Shown in pieces: positions 55,763 to 64,000 of a DNA stretch of 64,000 nucleotides. This DNA is from Bacilli bacterium (GTDB lineage: Bacteria; Bacillota_I; Bacilli_A; ML615J-28; CAG-698), in NCBI GenBank assembly GCA_045577945.1, contig JAZNJG010000142.1, forward strand, positions 1,516-65,515, written 5' to 3'. Each line of letters begins with the position of its first letter. Positions within the stretch are counted from its first letter, which is position 1. Position numbers and translations under genes: made by a program. Below the pieces are notes generated by a model, which made no database searches, was not told the DNA's origin, and was given only the letters and a program-made list of their open reading frames with translations.

Positions 55763-58700
55763 CTATACAAGTGTTAATACCTTAAGATTTTGTATAAATG
55801 GTATATCATATGTATTTGCAGATTTAAATACAATTTTAATAACAAATGTCTTAAATCCTGTAAATCCATCATATGTGATAACTCCAGAATCAAATGAATA
55901 TTCTTTAATATCATTAACATTAACAGAATAATCATTATTATCAGCAGACATTTTTACAAAAGGTCTAAGATTGAATATACTTTCATCATCTTTATTTTGA
56001 ACTCTATAGTATACTTCAATATCTGTATTCATTGGTCTGTATGCTTCGAAATAAACCTTGATTGAATCTGCATCAAAACCTTCTTTCAACGTTACCTTTT
56101 TAGTGATATATTTTGCAAGAGCATTACCACCAACAGGATCTGTTTCATATAATGAATCATTATTAATAATATTTTTAATGAGTAATATATTGGATTTCTC
56201 TAAATCAATACAAGATGCACAATCTATATCATTAATGAATACTGCTTTAATAAGAAATGTATAATTTGTATTTACTAGAGCTTGAGTTGGTAAAGAAATA
56301 TCTTTATCATTTTCAAATTCAATCCAGTTATTATCAAATGTTGTTCCATCATATGTTTTTTTGTAATAAAAGCGAATATTATTAGTACCTTGAATAATAT
56401 TATGTAGATGAGCATAAAATACGTCATAATTAAATAACTCATTTGATTTAGCTCTCAATACTAATTCACTACCTACATTAAATTGTAGCTTATTAACATT
56501 AAATTTTAATACTTTATTATATTCAACTAACCATTCATTTTTAGAGTTATTAGTAAATACATCACCTGTTCCTATTGCTTTTGATACAATATTATTTGCT
56601 GATGAATTTATAATTGGTTGTCCGACAGTAGCTCTATATAACTCATATTTAGAGCTATTTGTATGAACAACAATTGCATATTCACCTTCAATTAAGAATA
56701 ATGGTCTCTTAAATATAAATCTTGTAGATAAACTGCCGTTATTTGAAATAATAACAGATGATGCTCTCATTGTTACTTGTGAGAATGGAATCAATTTACT
56801 TTTATGTGGTTTACCGTCTTGAACAGGTCTAATATCAATTGTAACTGGTAAACTATTATCTTTTGTTTTAAAGAACAAATCAACACTATCAATAAATATT
56901 CCATTTGGTTTATTTGACACTTGGAATGTTTGTGCAATCATTTTACGCGTCATTGTTTGATTTGATAAAGTGTAATCTTCTACTAATTCTTGGTGTTGAA
57001 TTAGTGGAGGTAATGTAGAAACTACATTATCTGTTCTATTGTTTAGTAAACCTAATGCATAGAAATTAATTTCAGCCATTGTAGAAGCTTTTTCAAGCTT
57101 ATTTTGTGATTGGTTAATAAATCTCAATAAATGCATACCAGAACGAATAAATCCGCTTGGCAAACTAATAGTATTAGAAATTTCACCATAATTATCAGAA
57201 ATTCGACCACCACCAACGTATTTATTGATATTTACATCATCAAGAAATACATCAAACATTGTGTTTGGCTTAACAGCTTTAACATTAAAGTTTAATTTAA
57301 CAGAATCAATATATGGAATAACATCAACATTGACTTTTCTATTATTAACAATCTTTTGAATTGATGTGCTTGACTCAAGATTTAATATAGAATCTTTATC
57401 TTTATTGATTTCATTACCATACCATAAATTTTTCCAATAGCCATAGTTAATATCGTATGGTGATTTTGTTTTGATTTTCCAACCAACATTAACATCATTT
57501 TCATTGATAACAACATCTGGATTTTTATTAATATTAATAAAGTTAGTTCCATTTGGAGTAATATCAATATTGCCGATCCAATTTATAAGATTAAATGGAT
57601 TAATTTGAACTGTTTCTGTAATTGTATCTTGTTTAATATAAGAAACAGATGTTGAAGTTGGGGTTATTAATCCATTATTATTAGCAATACCTGTTGAAGA
57701 ACTATCAATTTCTAAATTTAAGGATTGAGTATCAATAGGTGCTCTTAAATATCTATGCATGCTATCGATAGAACAATTATATGAAATATTAGTTAGATCT
57801 CCAACATTATGTCCAATAAATGAATCAACTAAAATACCAGATTTATACATATCATCACCAGATTCATCTAAAACTGTTTGATTTTTAGCGTTCTCTTCAA
57901 GTAATGATAATGATGCATAATATTCCAAGTTAGATATACGGTTATCTAATTTTCCAATGTCTCGCATTGTATATCTTTTATTATCAATGTATTTAATAGT
58001 AATATCATTAACATCAAATGTATAAGCAGGGATTGTTAAGATATATAATGACATTGAATCATCACGATCATTTGGGGTTGTTGGAACTAAATCTGATACA
58101 CCCTGTATATAATCAAATTGACGATCTTCTCTTAATATAATTTTATCAATGCGACCTAAATAGAATTCATAATTAGCGTTAATATTATCATCTGGTCTTG
58201 GTAAATCAATACCACCAGTAGGAACTATAACACTATTTGATCCATCTGCAACACGAGGTCTAAAATCGATTACATCACGTAGATTATAAGTTGTTCCATT
58301 ATTTGTAGTATATGTAGGAATTTGATCATAATCAATAATAGATGTATATGAATCAACTGAGAAATAACCTGAACCAGAATGTGAAAAGTATTCAAATTCA
58401 ACTGTTAGAGTATCATCAATTGAACCATTATTTAATGTAATAGAACCGTGATCATATAAATTATCTCTCTGTCCATTATCTAATGTAAATTGATCTGTGA
58501 TATCAGTATCTGAAGAATCTTTAACAGAAACTAGTTTATAAATATCTGAATATCCTAAATCTAATCTATTACCTGTTAACTTACCTGTTATTGTAGCAGT
58601 ATTAAGTGCTTTAGTTCTTTCAGCTTTTGAGTTTAGATTAACACTAGCTAAAATAGTAACTGATGCTTGGAAAGACGTATCATTTATATTAAATGTTGCG

Positions 58701-60325
58701 GTTTGGTTACCACCAGATAATGTAATACTACGACCTGAAGTAGTCATATTAATTATTTGACCAGAAACAATTCCTGTATCGCCAGCGTTTACAACATTAG
58801 TAGCAACTAAAATATATCTTCTCTTAAGAGTATCAGATAATGCACCTGAAGCACCAAAGAATGAATTATTTCCACCAATATTAATAGAAGCTACACCATT
58901 TGCAAAGCTTGCTTCAAAAGATCTTTGTGAAACATATTCTGTACTGATTGTGCTGTCTGGTTTTAATGTTTTTACTGATGTATGTGGTGTTGCAAATAAA
59001 AGTGTATTATAACTAGTACCAAGTAACTTTTCACCAGAAACGGCAGCAATAGTTGCGCTAGCGCCAGATGTGTTTGTAATATTTGTTACACTATTAAAAG
59101 ATTGGTTACTATTCATTTGAATATTGAATAAGTAAAATCTAAAACTACCATCACTTTCTTGTGTAATGAATCTTAAATACGCTGTACCAATTTTAGTTGA
59201 TGATTTTAAAAGATCAACCTGCTCTAAATTAACTGGTTTAAATAATCCTGTCATAGATGTTACTTTACAGTAGTTGCCATACTGTGCATTAATATCAAAA
59301 TTTGTGACTTGCTCAACATCACGAGCTTTTGGTAATGATAGCTTTGATGTTGAAATCGTCTCAAATTCATAACCGCGAACATATGCCTTACCTGCACCAA
59401 GTAAGACATTAAAATTATCTCCATTATTTTCAATTTTAATATCAAACGGTTCAACAGTGAAGTTGCCACTTTCATCAAATGTTCTTCTGGCAAAATTTTT
59501 CTCTAATTCAGAATACTGTGTATACTTATTCTCGAAAGTAATTTCACCTTCTTTAACTTCCATTAATTCAATAAAATTAATAGAATTTGCACTATCAATT
59601 GATTTCTTTTCTAAATATAATGTATATTGTAAACGATCTGCACCATGTGCACCATAATTAGGTGAGCCATTTGCAGGATCAAGCAAAGAATTGTCTGTTT
59701 CATAAGTTACTATATTATCATATACAGTGATACCAATCTTATATGAAGGTTTGTTTGAATATTTTTCAAGAATAATTTGTTGCTGACCAACTCTTAAAAA
59801 TAATCCATTATAAAAATAATAACCTTCGCTGATACCTACCATAGATGCAAAGCCAATTGAGCTTTCTTCATTTAAGATTGTTGCACTATATACAATATCT
59901 TCAGCAATAATATCTTCCCCATAATTAAAATCAATACCATTTAACGGTTTAACATAAATTGTATTTTCATCTGTTCCTTCAGCTTCAATATAATGAACTA
60001 CTCTTGCTAAAGCACCAGATTGTTGACCTTTAATTATTTGACCCATAAAATTAGCAACATTAATATTTGTTTCTTTAAATGTGCTTGCTAATAATATATA
60101 GGTAACTTCAGTATCTAAACTAACTTCACCACCTAATACTCTTGAGCCATTTTGAAATAAGTGTGAACCAAATTGATTAATTTGATTTTGTATGATTGTT
60201 TGCATTTGCGTCAGTTCACGAGCTTGAACTGCAACAGAAGGTTTAAAAAGAATACGATAAAAATCTTTCTCTTCTTTATAATCATCGTAATATGGATTTG
60301 TATTTGTTACTAAAAGATCAGCCAT
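55763..60325 (-). CDS. large virion structural protein (1520 aa; fibre/baseplate-type)
   Basis: very long Asn/Ser/Thr-rich ORF with late motif at 60365..60372 upstream. Confidence 0.55.
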   Translation of the reverse strand: MADLLVTNTNPYYDDYKEEKDFYRILFKPSVAVQARELTQMQTIIQNQINQFGSHLFQNGSRVLGGEVSLDTEVTYILLASTFKETNINVANFMGQIIKGQQSGALARVVHYIEAEGTDENTIYVKPLNGIDFNYGEDIIAEDIVYSATILNEESSIGFASMVGISEGYYFYNGLFLRVGQQQIILEKYSNKPSYKIGITVYDNIVTYETDNSLLDPANGSPNYGAHGADRLQYTLYLEKKSIDSANSINFIELMEVKEGEITFENKYTQYSELEKNFARRTFDESGNFTVEPFDIKIENNGDNFNVLLGAGKAYVRGYEFETISTSKLSLPKARDVEQVTNFDINAQYGNYCKVTSMTGLFKPVNLEQVDLLKSSTKIGTAYLRFITQESDGSFRFYLFNIQMNSNQSFNSVTNITNTSGASATIAAVSGEKLLGTSYNTLLFATPHTSVKTLKPDSTISTEYVSQRSFEASFANGVASINIGGNNSFFGASGALSDTLKRRYILVATNVVNAGDTGIVSGQIINMTTSGRSITLSGGNQTATFNINDTSFQASVTILASVNLNSKAERTKALNTATITGKLTGNRLDLGYSDIYKLVSVKDSSDTDITDQFTLDNGQRDNLYDHGSITLNNGSIDDTLTVEFEYFSHSGSGYFSVDSYTSIIDYDQIPTYTTNNGTTYNLRDVIDFRPRVADGSNSVIVPTGGIDLPRPDDNINANYEFYLGRIDKIILREDRQFDYIQGVSDLVPTTPNDRDDSMSLYILTIPAYTFDVNDITIKYIDNKRYTMRDIGKLDNRISNLEYYASLSLLEENAKNQTVLDESGDDMYKSGILVDSFIGHNVGDLTNISYNCSIDSMHRYLRAPIDTQSLNLEIDSSSTGIANNNGLITPTSTSVSYIKQDTITETVQINPFNLINWIGNIDITPNGTNFININKNPDVVINENDVNVGWKIKTKSPYDINYGYWKNLWYGNEINKDKDSILNLESSTSIQKIVNNRKVNVDVIPYIDSVKLNFNVKAVKPNTMFDVFLDDVNINKYVGGGRISDNYGEISNTISLPSGFIRSGMHLLRFINQSQNKLEKASTMAEINFYALGLLNNRTDNVVSTLPPLIQHQELVEDYTLSNQTMTRKMIAQTFQVSNKPNGIFIDSVDLFFKTKDNSLPVTIDIRPVQDGKPHKSKLIPFSQVTMRASSVIISNNGSLSTRFIFKRPLFLIEGEYAIVVHTNSSKYELYRATVGQPIINSSANNIVSKAIGTGDVFTNNSKNEWLVEYNKVLKFNVNKLQFNVGSELVLRAKSNELFNYDVFYAHLHNIIQGTNNIRFYYKKTYDGTTFDNNWIEFENDKDISLPTQALVNTNYTFLIKAVFINDIDCASCIDLEKSNILLIKNIINNDSLYETDPVGGNALAKYITKKVTLKEGFDADSIKVYFEAYRPMNTDIEVYYRVQNKDDESIFNLRPFVKMSADNNDYSVNVNDIKEYSFDSGVITYDGFTGFKTFVIKIVFKSANTYDIPFIQNLKVLTLV

Positions 60326-60364
60326 TATTTTCTCTCATATACAGACATTCTATTATTATACAAT

Positions 60365-60372
60365 TATTTATA
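60365..60372 (-). promoter_or_regulatory. late promoter motif TATAAATA (minus strand)
   Basis: + strand 'caattatttata', ~40 nt upstream of the ATG at 60325. Confidence 0.4.
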
Positions 60373-60426
60373 TTGAAATTATAGATATAAATACTTAAAG
60401 AAAAGTAATTTATGAAAGTTATAATA

Positions 60427-60930
60427 ATGAAAAGCTTTAGGGAATTTTTAAGCACTAACTACTTCAAACATGGTGCATTTATAGAATTAAAATTTACAAA
60501 AGAAACTTTAGAAAATTTACAAAAATATTTTAATAAAAATAATATTCAAAACCAACTCAATCTAGACGAAATTCACACTACATTACTATACTCTAGAAAA
60601 GGTATTGTTGATTATATTCCATCAAATGTATTGAAAGGTGAAATTCTAACACCGATTAAATTACATATATGGAAAACTCAAGAAGATACTAATTGTTTAG
60701 TTTGTGAATTACATAACAATAATGTTATTAGACATCACAATAATTTAATTAAAAATCATAACGCAAGCCATGATTATCCTGAATATATTCCTCATGTAAC
60801 ATTGAGCTATAATTGTGGTAATATTGATTTAGATCAATTAGAATTACCTGATTTTAATTTTATAGTTGAAAATGAATCATTAAGTTCACTTGATGAAGAT
60901 TGGCTAAAAAATAATATAAAGAAAAGATAA
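60427..60930 (+). CDS. 2H phosphoesterase (LigT/cyclic-phosphodiesterase-like) with an internal-protein-like N-terminus
   Basis: two H-x-T/S-x motifs, 'EIHTTLLYS' and 'IPHVTLSYN'; N-terminus 'MKSFREFL'; track start at 60412 is likely too early. Confidence 0.55.
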   Translation: MKSFREFLSTNYFKHGAFIELKFTKETLENLQKYFNKNNIQNQLNLDEIHTTLLYSRKGIVDYIPSNVLKGEILTPIKLHIWKTQEDTNCLVCELHNNNVIRHHNNLIKNHNASHDYPEYIPHVTLSYNCGNIDLDQLELPDFNFIVENESLSSLDEDWLKNNIKKR

Positions 60931-61000
60931 TAAGTATTGATTATATAGCTTACCATATTTAATATACAAAATGTAAAATCTATATAGAAAGGAATTAAAA

Positions 61001-62122
61001 GTGACACAAATAATCGATACAACTGAATTAGATTTTTCTGATGTTTTATTTAAACCAAAAAGAACAACATTAAATTCAAGAAGTGAAGCAGATATTATAA
61101 GAGAATATAAATTCAAGTACTATCCAAATACTATTAAATCTTGTGGTATAATGGCTGCTAATATGGCAACTACAGGAACATTTGAAATGAATGACGTTCT
61201 TCAAAAATATAAAGCAATTACTTGCTTACATAAGCATATTGATGTAAAAGATTTAGAAGAATATATGGTAAAAAATTATACTAAAAAAGAAAGTGAATAT
61301 AATTCATTTACATTTATTTCAATAGGTTTGAAAGATGATAAAGAAAAATTATTTGCTTTGATGGATAGAGGATCTCCATTTGATAAAATTTGTATCGATG
61401 TTGCAAATGGTTATATGCCAAAATTATTAGAATTTGTTAAAGAAGTTAGAGGAAAATACCCAAGAGCATTGATTATGGTTGGTAATGTTGTAACTGGAGA
61501 TATGACACAAGATCTTATCTTAAGTGGTGCAGATATTGTTAAGGTTGGTATTGGACCTGGTTCAGTTTGTACAACAAGAAAACTAACTGGTGTTGGAAGA
61601 CCTCAACTTTCAGCAATTCTTGAGTGTGCAGATGCAGCACATGGTGTTGGTGGTATGATTTGCGCTGATGGTGGTTGTACTTGTGCAGGTGATGTCGCAA
61701 AAGCATTTGGTGCTGGTGCAGATTTTGTAATGCTTGGTGGTATGCTCGCAGGAACAGATGAAGCAGCCGGAGATTTAATTGAAAAAGTTATCCAAACAAA
61801 TGAAATAATTTATGACATGTCAGATAATCGTGAAAGATTAGGTAAGTTAGAAGTTGTTAAAAAATTCAAACAATTTTACGGTATGTCATCTAAATTGGCA
61901 CAAGAAAAGCATTTTGGTGGAATGCAAAGATATAGAGCATCAGAAGGTAAAGTTGTTGAGATTCCATATAAAGGTTCAGTTATTAGTGTAATTGAAGAAA
62001 TACAAGGTGGAATCCGCTCAACAATGTCTTATATCGGTGCAAGAAGATTGAAAGATATTCCTAAATGCACAACATTTTATAAAGTTAACCGCCAGTTAAA
62101 TGAAGTCTTTGGTAAAAGTTAA
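61001..62122 (+). CDS. GMP reductase / IMP dehydrogenase family protein
   Basis: 'ICIDVANGY', '[18 protein letters not shown]', '[10 protein letters not shown]'; no CBS insert seen. Confidence 0.65.
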   Translation: MTQIIDTTELDFSDVLFKPKRTTLNSRSEADIIREYKFKYYPNTIKSCGIMAANMATTGTFEMNDVLQKYKAITCLHKHIDVKDLEEYMVKNYTKKESEYNSFTFISIGLKDDKEKLFALMDRGSPFDKICIDVANGYMPKLLEFVKEVRGKYPRALIMVGNVVTGDMTQDLILSGADIVKVGIGPGSVCTTRKLTGVGRPQLSAILECADAAHGVGGMICADGGCTCAGDVAKAFGAGADFVMLGGMLAGTDEAAGDLIEKVIQTNEIIYDMSDNRERLGKLEVVKKFKQFYGMSSKLAQEKHFGGMQRYRASEGKVVEIPYKGSVISVIEEIQGGIRSTMSYIGARRLKDIPKCTTFYKVNRQLNEVFGKS

Positions 62123-63213
62123 TGTATTTAAATGATACACAAATTAAAATTGAAGCAGGTAAATGTTTAAGGTGCAAAAATCCACAATGCGAAATGAATT
62201 GCCCTTTACATTTATCTGCTAAAACTTTTATTCAGTTATATAAGGAAACAAAATATAAAGAATTGATAGAATATATCTATTCAATCAATCCATTTGCTGA
62301 AGTATGTGGTTTTGTTTGTCCAAATAAATTTTGTATGCTAAACTGTACTAGAAATAAAATTGATAATTCAGTTAATATTAAATCATTACAATCAGTATTT
62401 ACTCATCAATATAAACACTTATTTAATATTCAATACACTAATAATCATAAAAATGTTGCAATTATTGGTGGTGGTGTTGCAGGCTTAACAGCTGCCTGGT
62501 TACTATCACTAAAAGGTTATAATATTGATTTATTTGAAAAGGATAGTAAGATTGGTGGTGAATTAAATTTAATACCTCAATTTCGTTTACCAAAATCTGT
62601 ACTAGAAAGTGATTTGCAGTTATTTAAGGATAATCCAAATATTAATATCATTTATAATACAAATGTTACTGATTATAATTCACTGTTAGAAAAATATGAA
62701 TTTGTTATTGTTGCAACTGGCAAGCAAATTGAAAATAAATTAAATATTGAAGGTGAGGAGTATTTAACAGGTTATAAAAGATTTTTATCTAACAATAACA
62801 ATAATTATAAAAATGTTGCAATTATTGGTGGTGGAAATGTAGCTGTTGATTGTGCATTGATTGCAAAAAATAGTAATAATAGTGTAACAATATTTGTAAG
62901 AAGAAATTTTTATGATATGAAGATTGATGAAGAACATTTACAAAAATTGTTTAGTAAGAAAATTAATATAGTTAGTAATTTTATACCAACAAATGTCTAT
63001 AAAGATGAAAAATTACATTTAGAAGGAAAATTGTTTGATAGAAGTTATATTGGCTTAAATAACTATGATGTAATAGTCAAAGCAATTGGTAGTATACAAG
63101 AAGATATAAAGATTAATAATGATAGTATAATTTATATACCTACTTCAAAGTATGTTGTAGATACTATTGTAAATACAATAAATACAATAAATAATTATAC
63201 ATATATATGTTAG
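62122..63213 (+). CDS. Fe-S + FAD/NAD(P)-binding oxidoreductase (GltD/PreT-like)
   Basis: N-terminal Cys clusters 'CLRCKNPQCEMNCP', 'CGFVCPNKFCMLNC'; two Rossmann motifs 'VAIIGGGVAGLTAA' and 'VAIIGGGNVAVD'. Confidence 0.55.
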   Translation: MYLNDTQIKIEAGKCLRCKNPQCEMNCPLHLSAKTFIQLYKETKYKELIEYIYSINPFAEVCGFVCPNKFCMLNCTRNKIDNSVNIKSLQSVFTHQYKHLFNIQYTNNHKNVAIIGGGVAGLTAAWLLSLKGYNIDLFEKDSKIGGELNLIPQFRLPKSVLESDLQLFKDNPNINIIYNTNVTDYNSLLEKYEFVIVATGKQIENKLNIEGEEYLTGYKRFLSNNNNNYKNVAIIGGGNVAVDCALIAKNSNNSVTIFVRRNFYDMKIDEEHLQKLFSKKINIVSNFIPTNVYKDEKLHLEGKLFDRSYIGLNNYDVIVKAIGSIQEDIKINNDSIIYIPTSKYVVDTIVNTINTINNYTYIC

Positions 63214-63246
63214 ATTGTTACTAGTAATTACAAAAAGGATATTAAA

Positions 63247-63672
63247 ATGAAATCATTTAAACAATTTTTAAGAGAGAGTGAAGAGGTTAAAGATCAGGTT
63301 TCTGAGAACGAAGAAGTAAAAGAACTTGATGAAGCTAAAATGGATTGGGGTAATGTTAGGAATGAAATAACAAACACCAATTTATTAGTTGATATTATTT
63401 ATACATATGGTCAACCTGAAATTCGTGTAGGAAGTAATAGTTATGCTATTAAAGATATGATGAATCCTGAATCTATTGAAGCTATTAGAAAAAAATACGG
63501 CTCAACAAAATTAACAGATGAACAAGAAGAAGAACTCAAACAAGATGAGATTGCTTTTTTGAAAAACCTTAAAAAGATGGAATCAGATATTCAAAAAGAT
63601 ATGATTAAAATTACTAAAAAGTATGAAGATGATATCAAAAAAGTTCTTAAGAAATATAACGCTGAAATTTAA
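63247..63672 (+). CDS. internal-protein-like acidic protein with CTS-like N-terminus 'MKSFKQFLRESEE'
   Basis: N-terminal family shared with 40155, 40777 and 60427. Confidence 0.45.
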   Translation: MKSFKQFLRESEEVKDQVSENEEVKELDEAKMDWGNVRNEITNTNLLVDIIYTYGQPEIRVGSNSYAIKDMMNPESIEAIRKKYGSTKLTDEQEEELKQDEIAFLKNLKKMESDIQKDMIKITKKYEDDIKKVLKKYNAEI

Positions 63673-63691
63673 TTATATATTTTAGAAAAAT

Positions 63692-63735
63692 AAAAAGCTT
63701 TCTTAAATTTATATTAAGAAAGCTTTTTATTTTCA
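63692..63735 (+). terminator. rho-independent terminator
   Basis: 15-bp stem 'aaaaagctttcttaa/taagaaagcttttt' + T-run. Confidence 0.6.
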
Positions 63736-63857
63736 CTACCGACGCATTTGAATAATCATCACTTTCAAATACAATAATTATCATATACTCAATTTAGATA
63801 TAAATCAAGTGGTTTTTATAATAAATAATTACATAGTAAAGCTTTATTTATTTGGAT

Positions 63858-64000
63858 AATATAAATTATGGTAAAAGATAATCCATACAGCACAAATATA
63901 TCATTTTTAATCTCAAATCAAATACCTGAACATATTCGTTCTGATAATGAATTATACGATTTATTTCTAACAGCATATTATGAGTGGATGGAAAAAGAAA
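63858..64000 (+). CDS. 3'-truncated ORF running off the window end
   Basis: 'MVKDNPYSTNISFLISNQIPEHIRSDNELYDLFLTAYYEWMEKE...'. Confidence 0.3.

Noticed and set aside
60412-60426. Track start of ORF 60412 (MKVII MKSF...)
   Set aside because: The family leader begins at the internal Met (60427), so the upstream five codons are probably not translated. This is uncertain.

Overview
This 64 kb window is AT-rich (roughly 27-30 % GC by eye), gene-dense phage DNA with a T4-like replication and nucleotide-metabolism core. That core includes a gp44-type clamp loader, RegA (close match to T4 RegA), anaerobic ribonucleotide reductase NrdD/NrdG, a Dda-like helicase, an NAD-dependent DNA ligase, rIIA/rIIB-like genes and DenV endonuclease V. 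Alongside it sit a tRNA block of 11 tRNA genes plus a partial tRNA-Ile-like fragment, and a large minus-strand tail-fibre/structural block. Repeated sigma70-like early promoters (TTGATT-17-TATAAT) and T4-style late motifs (TATAAATA) upstream of the structural genes fit the same picture.

The accessory content is unusual:
1. A complete diversity-generating retroelement. A reverse transcriptase (36449..38119) sits next to a 112-bp template repeat (36191..36302). Its 14 mismatches to the variable repeat at the 3' end of a minus-strand receptor-binding-type gene (34591..35673) all fall on template adenines. A second, decayed variable repeat lies in a 54-codon mini-ORF.
2. A 7-deazaguanine cassette (QueE-like, QueD, FolE2-like) flanked by 49-bp perfect direct repeats, plus a YhhQ/QueT-family precursor transporter.
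3. A four-member paralog family sharing the N-terminus MKIRNGWVGNSSSSSF and near-identical 5' DNA.
4. A family of small proteins with a T4 internal-protein-like capsid-targeting N-terminus (MK[ST]F[KR]xFL..E), one of which is a 2H phosphoesterase.
5. A TnpB-like RuvC nuclease that lacks the zinc finger, next to a Dps-like gene.
6. A phage-encoded Hsp20, GroES-like and GroEL trio.
7. A frameshifted homing-endonuclease pseudogene inside the tRNA region.
8. Two tandem tail-fibre/Tfa-chaperone modules.
9. A (C)10 homopolymer in the 5' leader of a tail-fibre gene, suggestive of phase variation.

Any host assignment (for example a Campylobacter-type T4-like phage) is inference only. It rests on the AT-richness, the poly-G tract and the deazaguanine genes.
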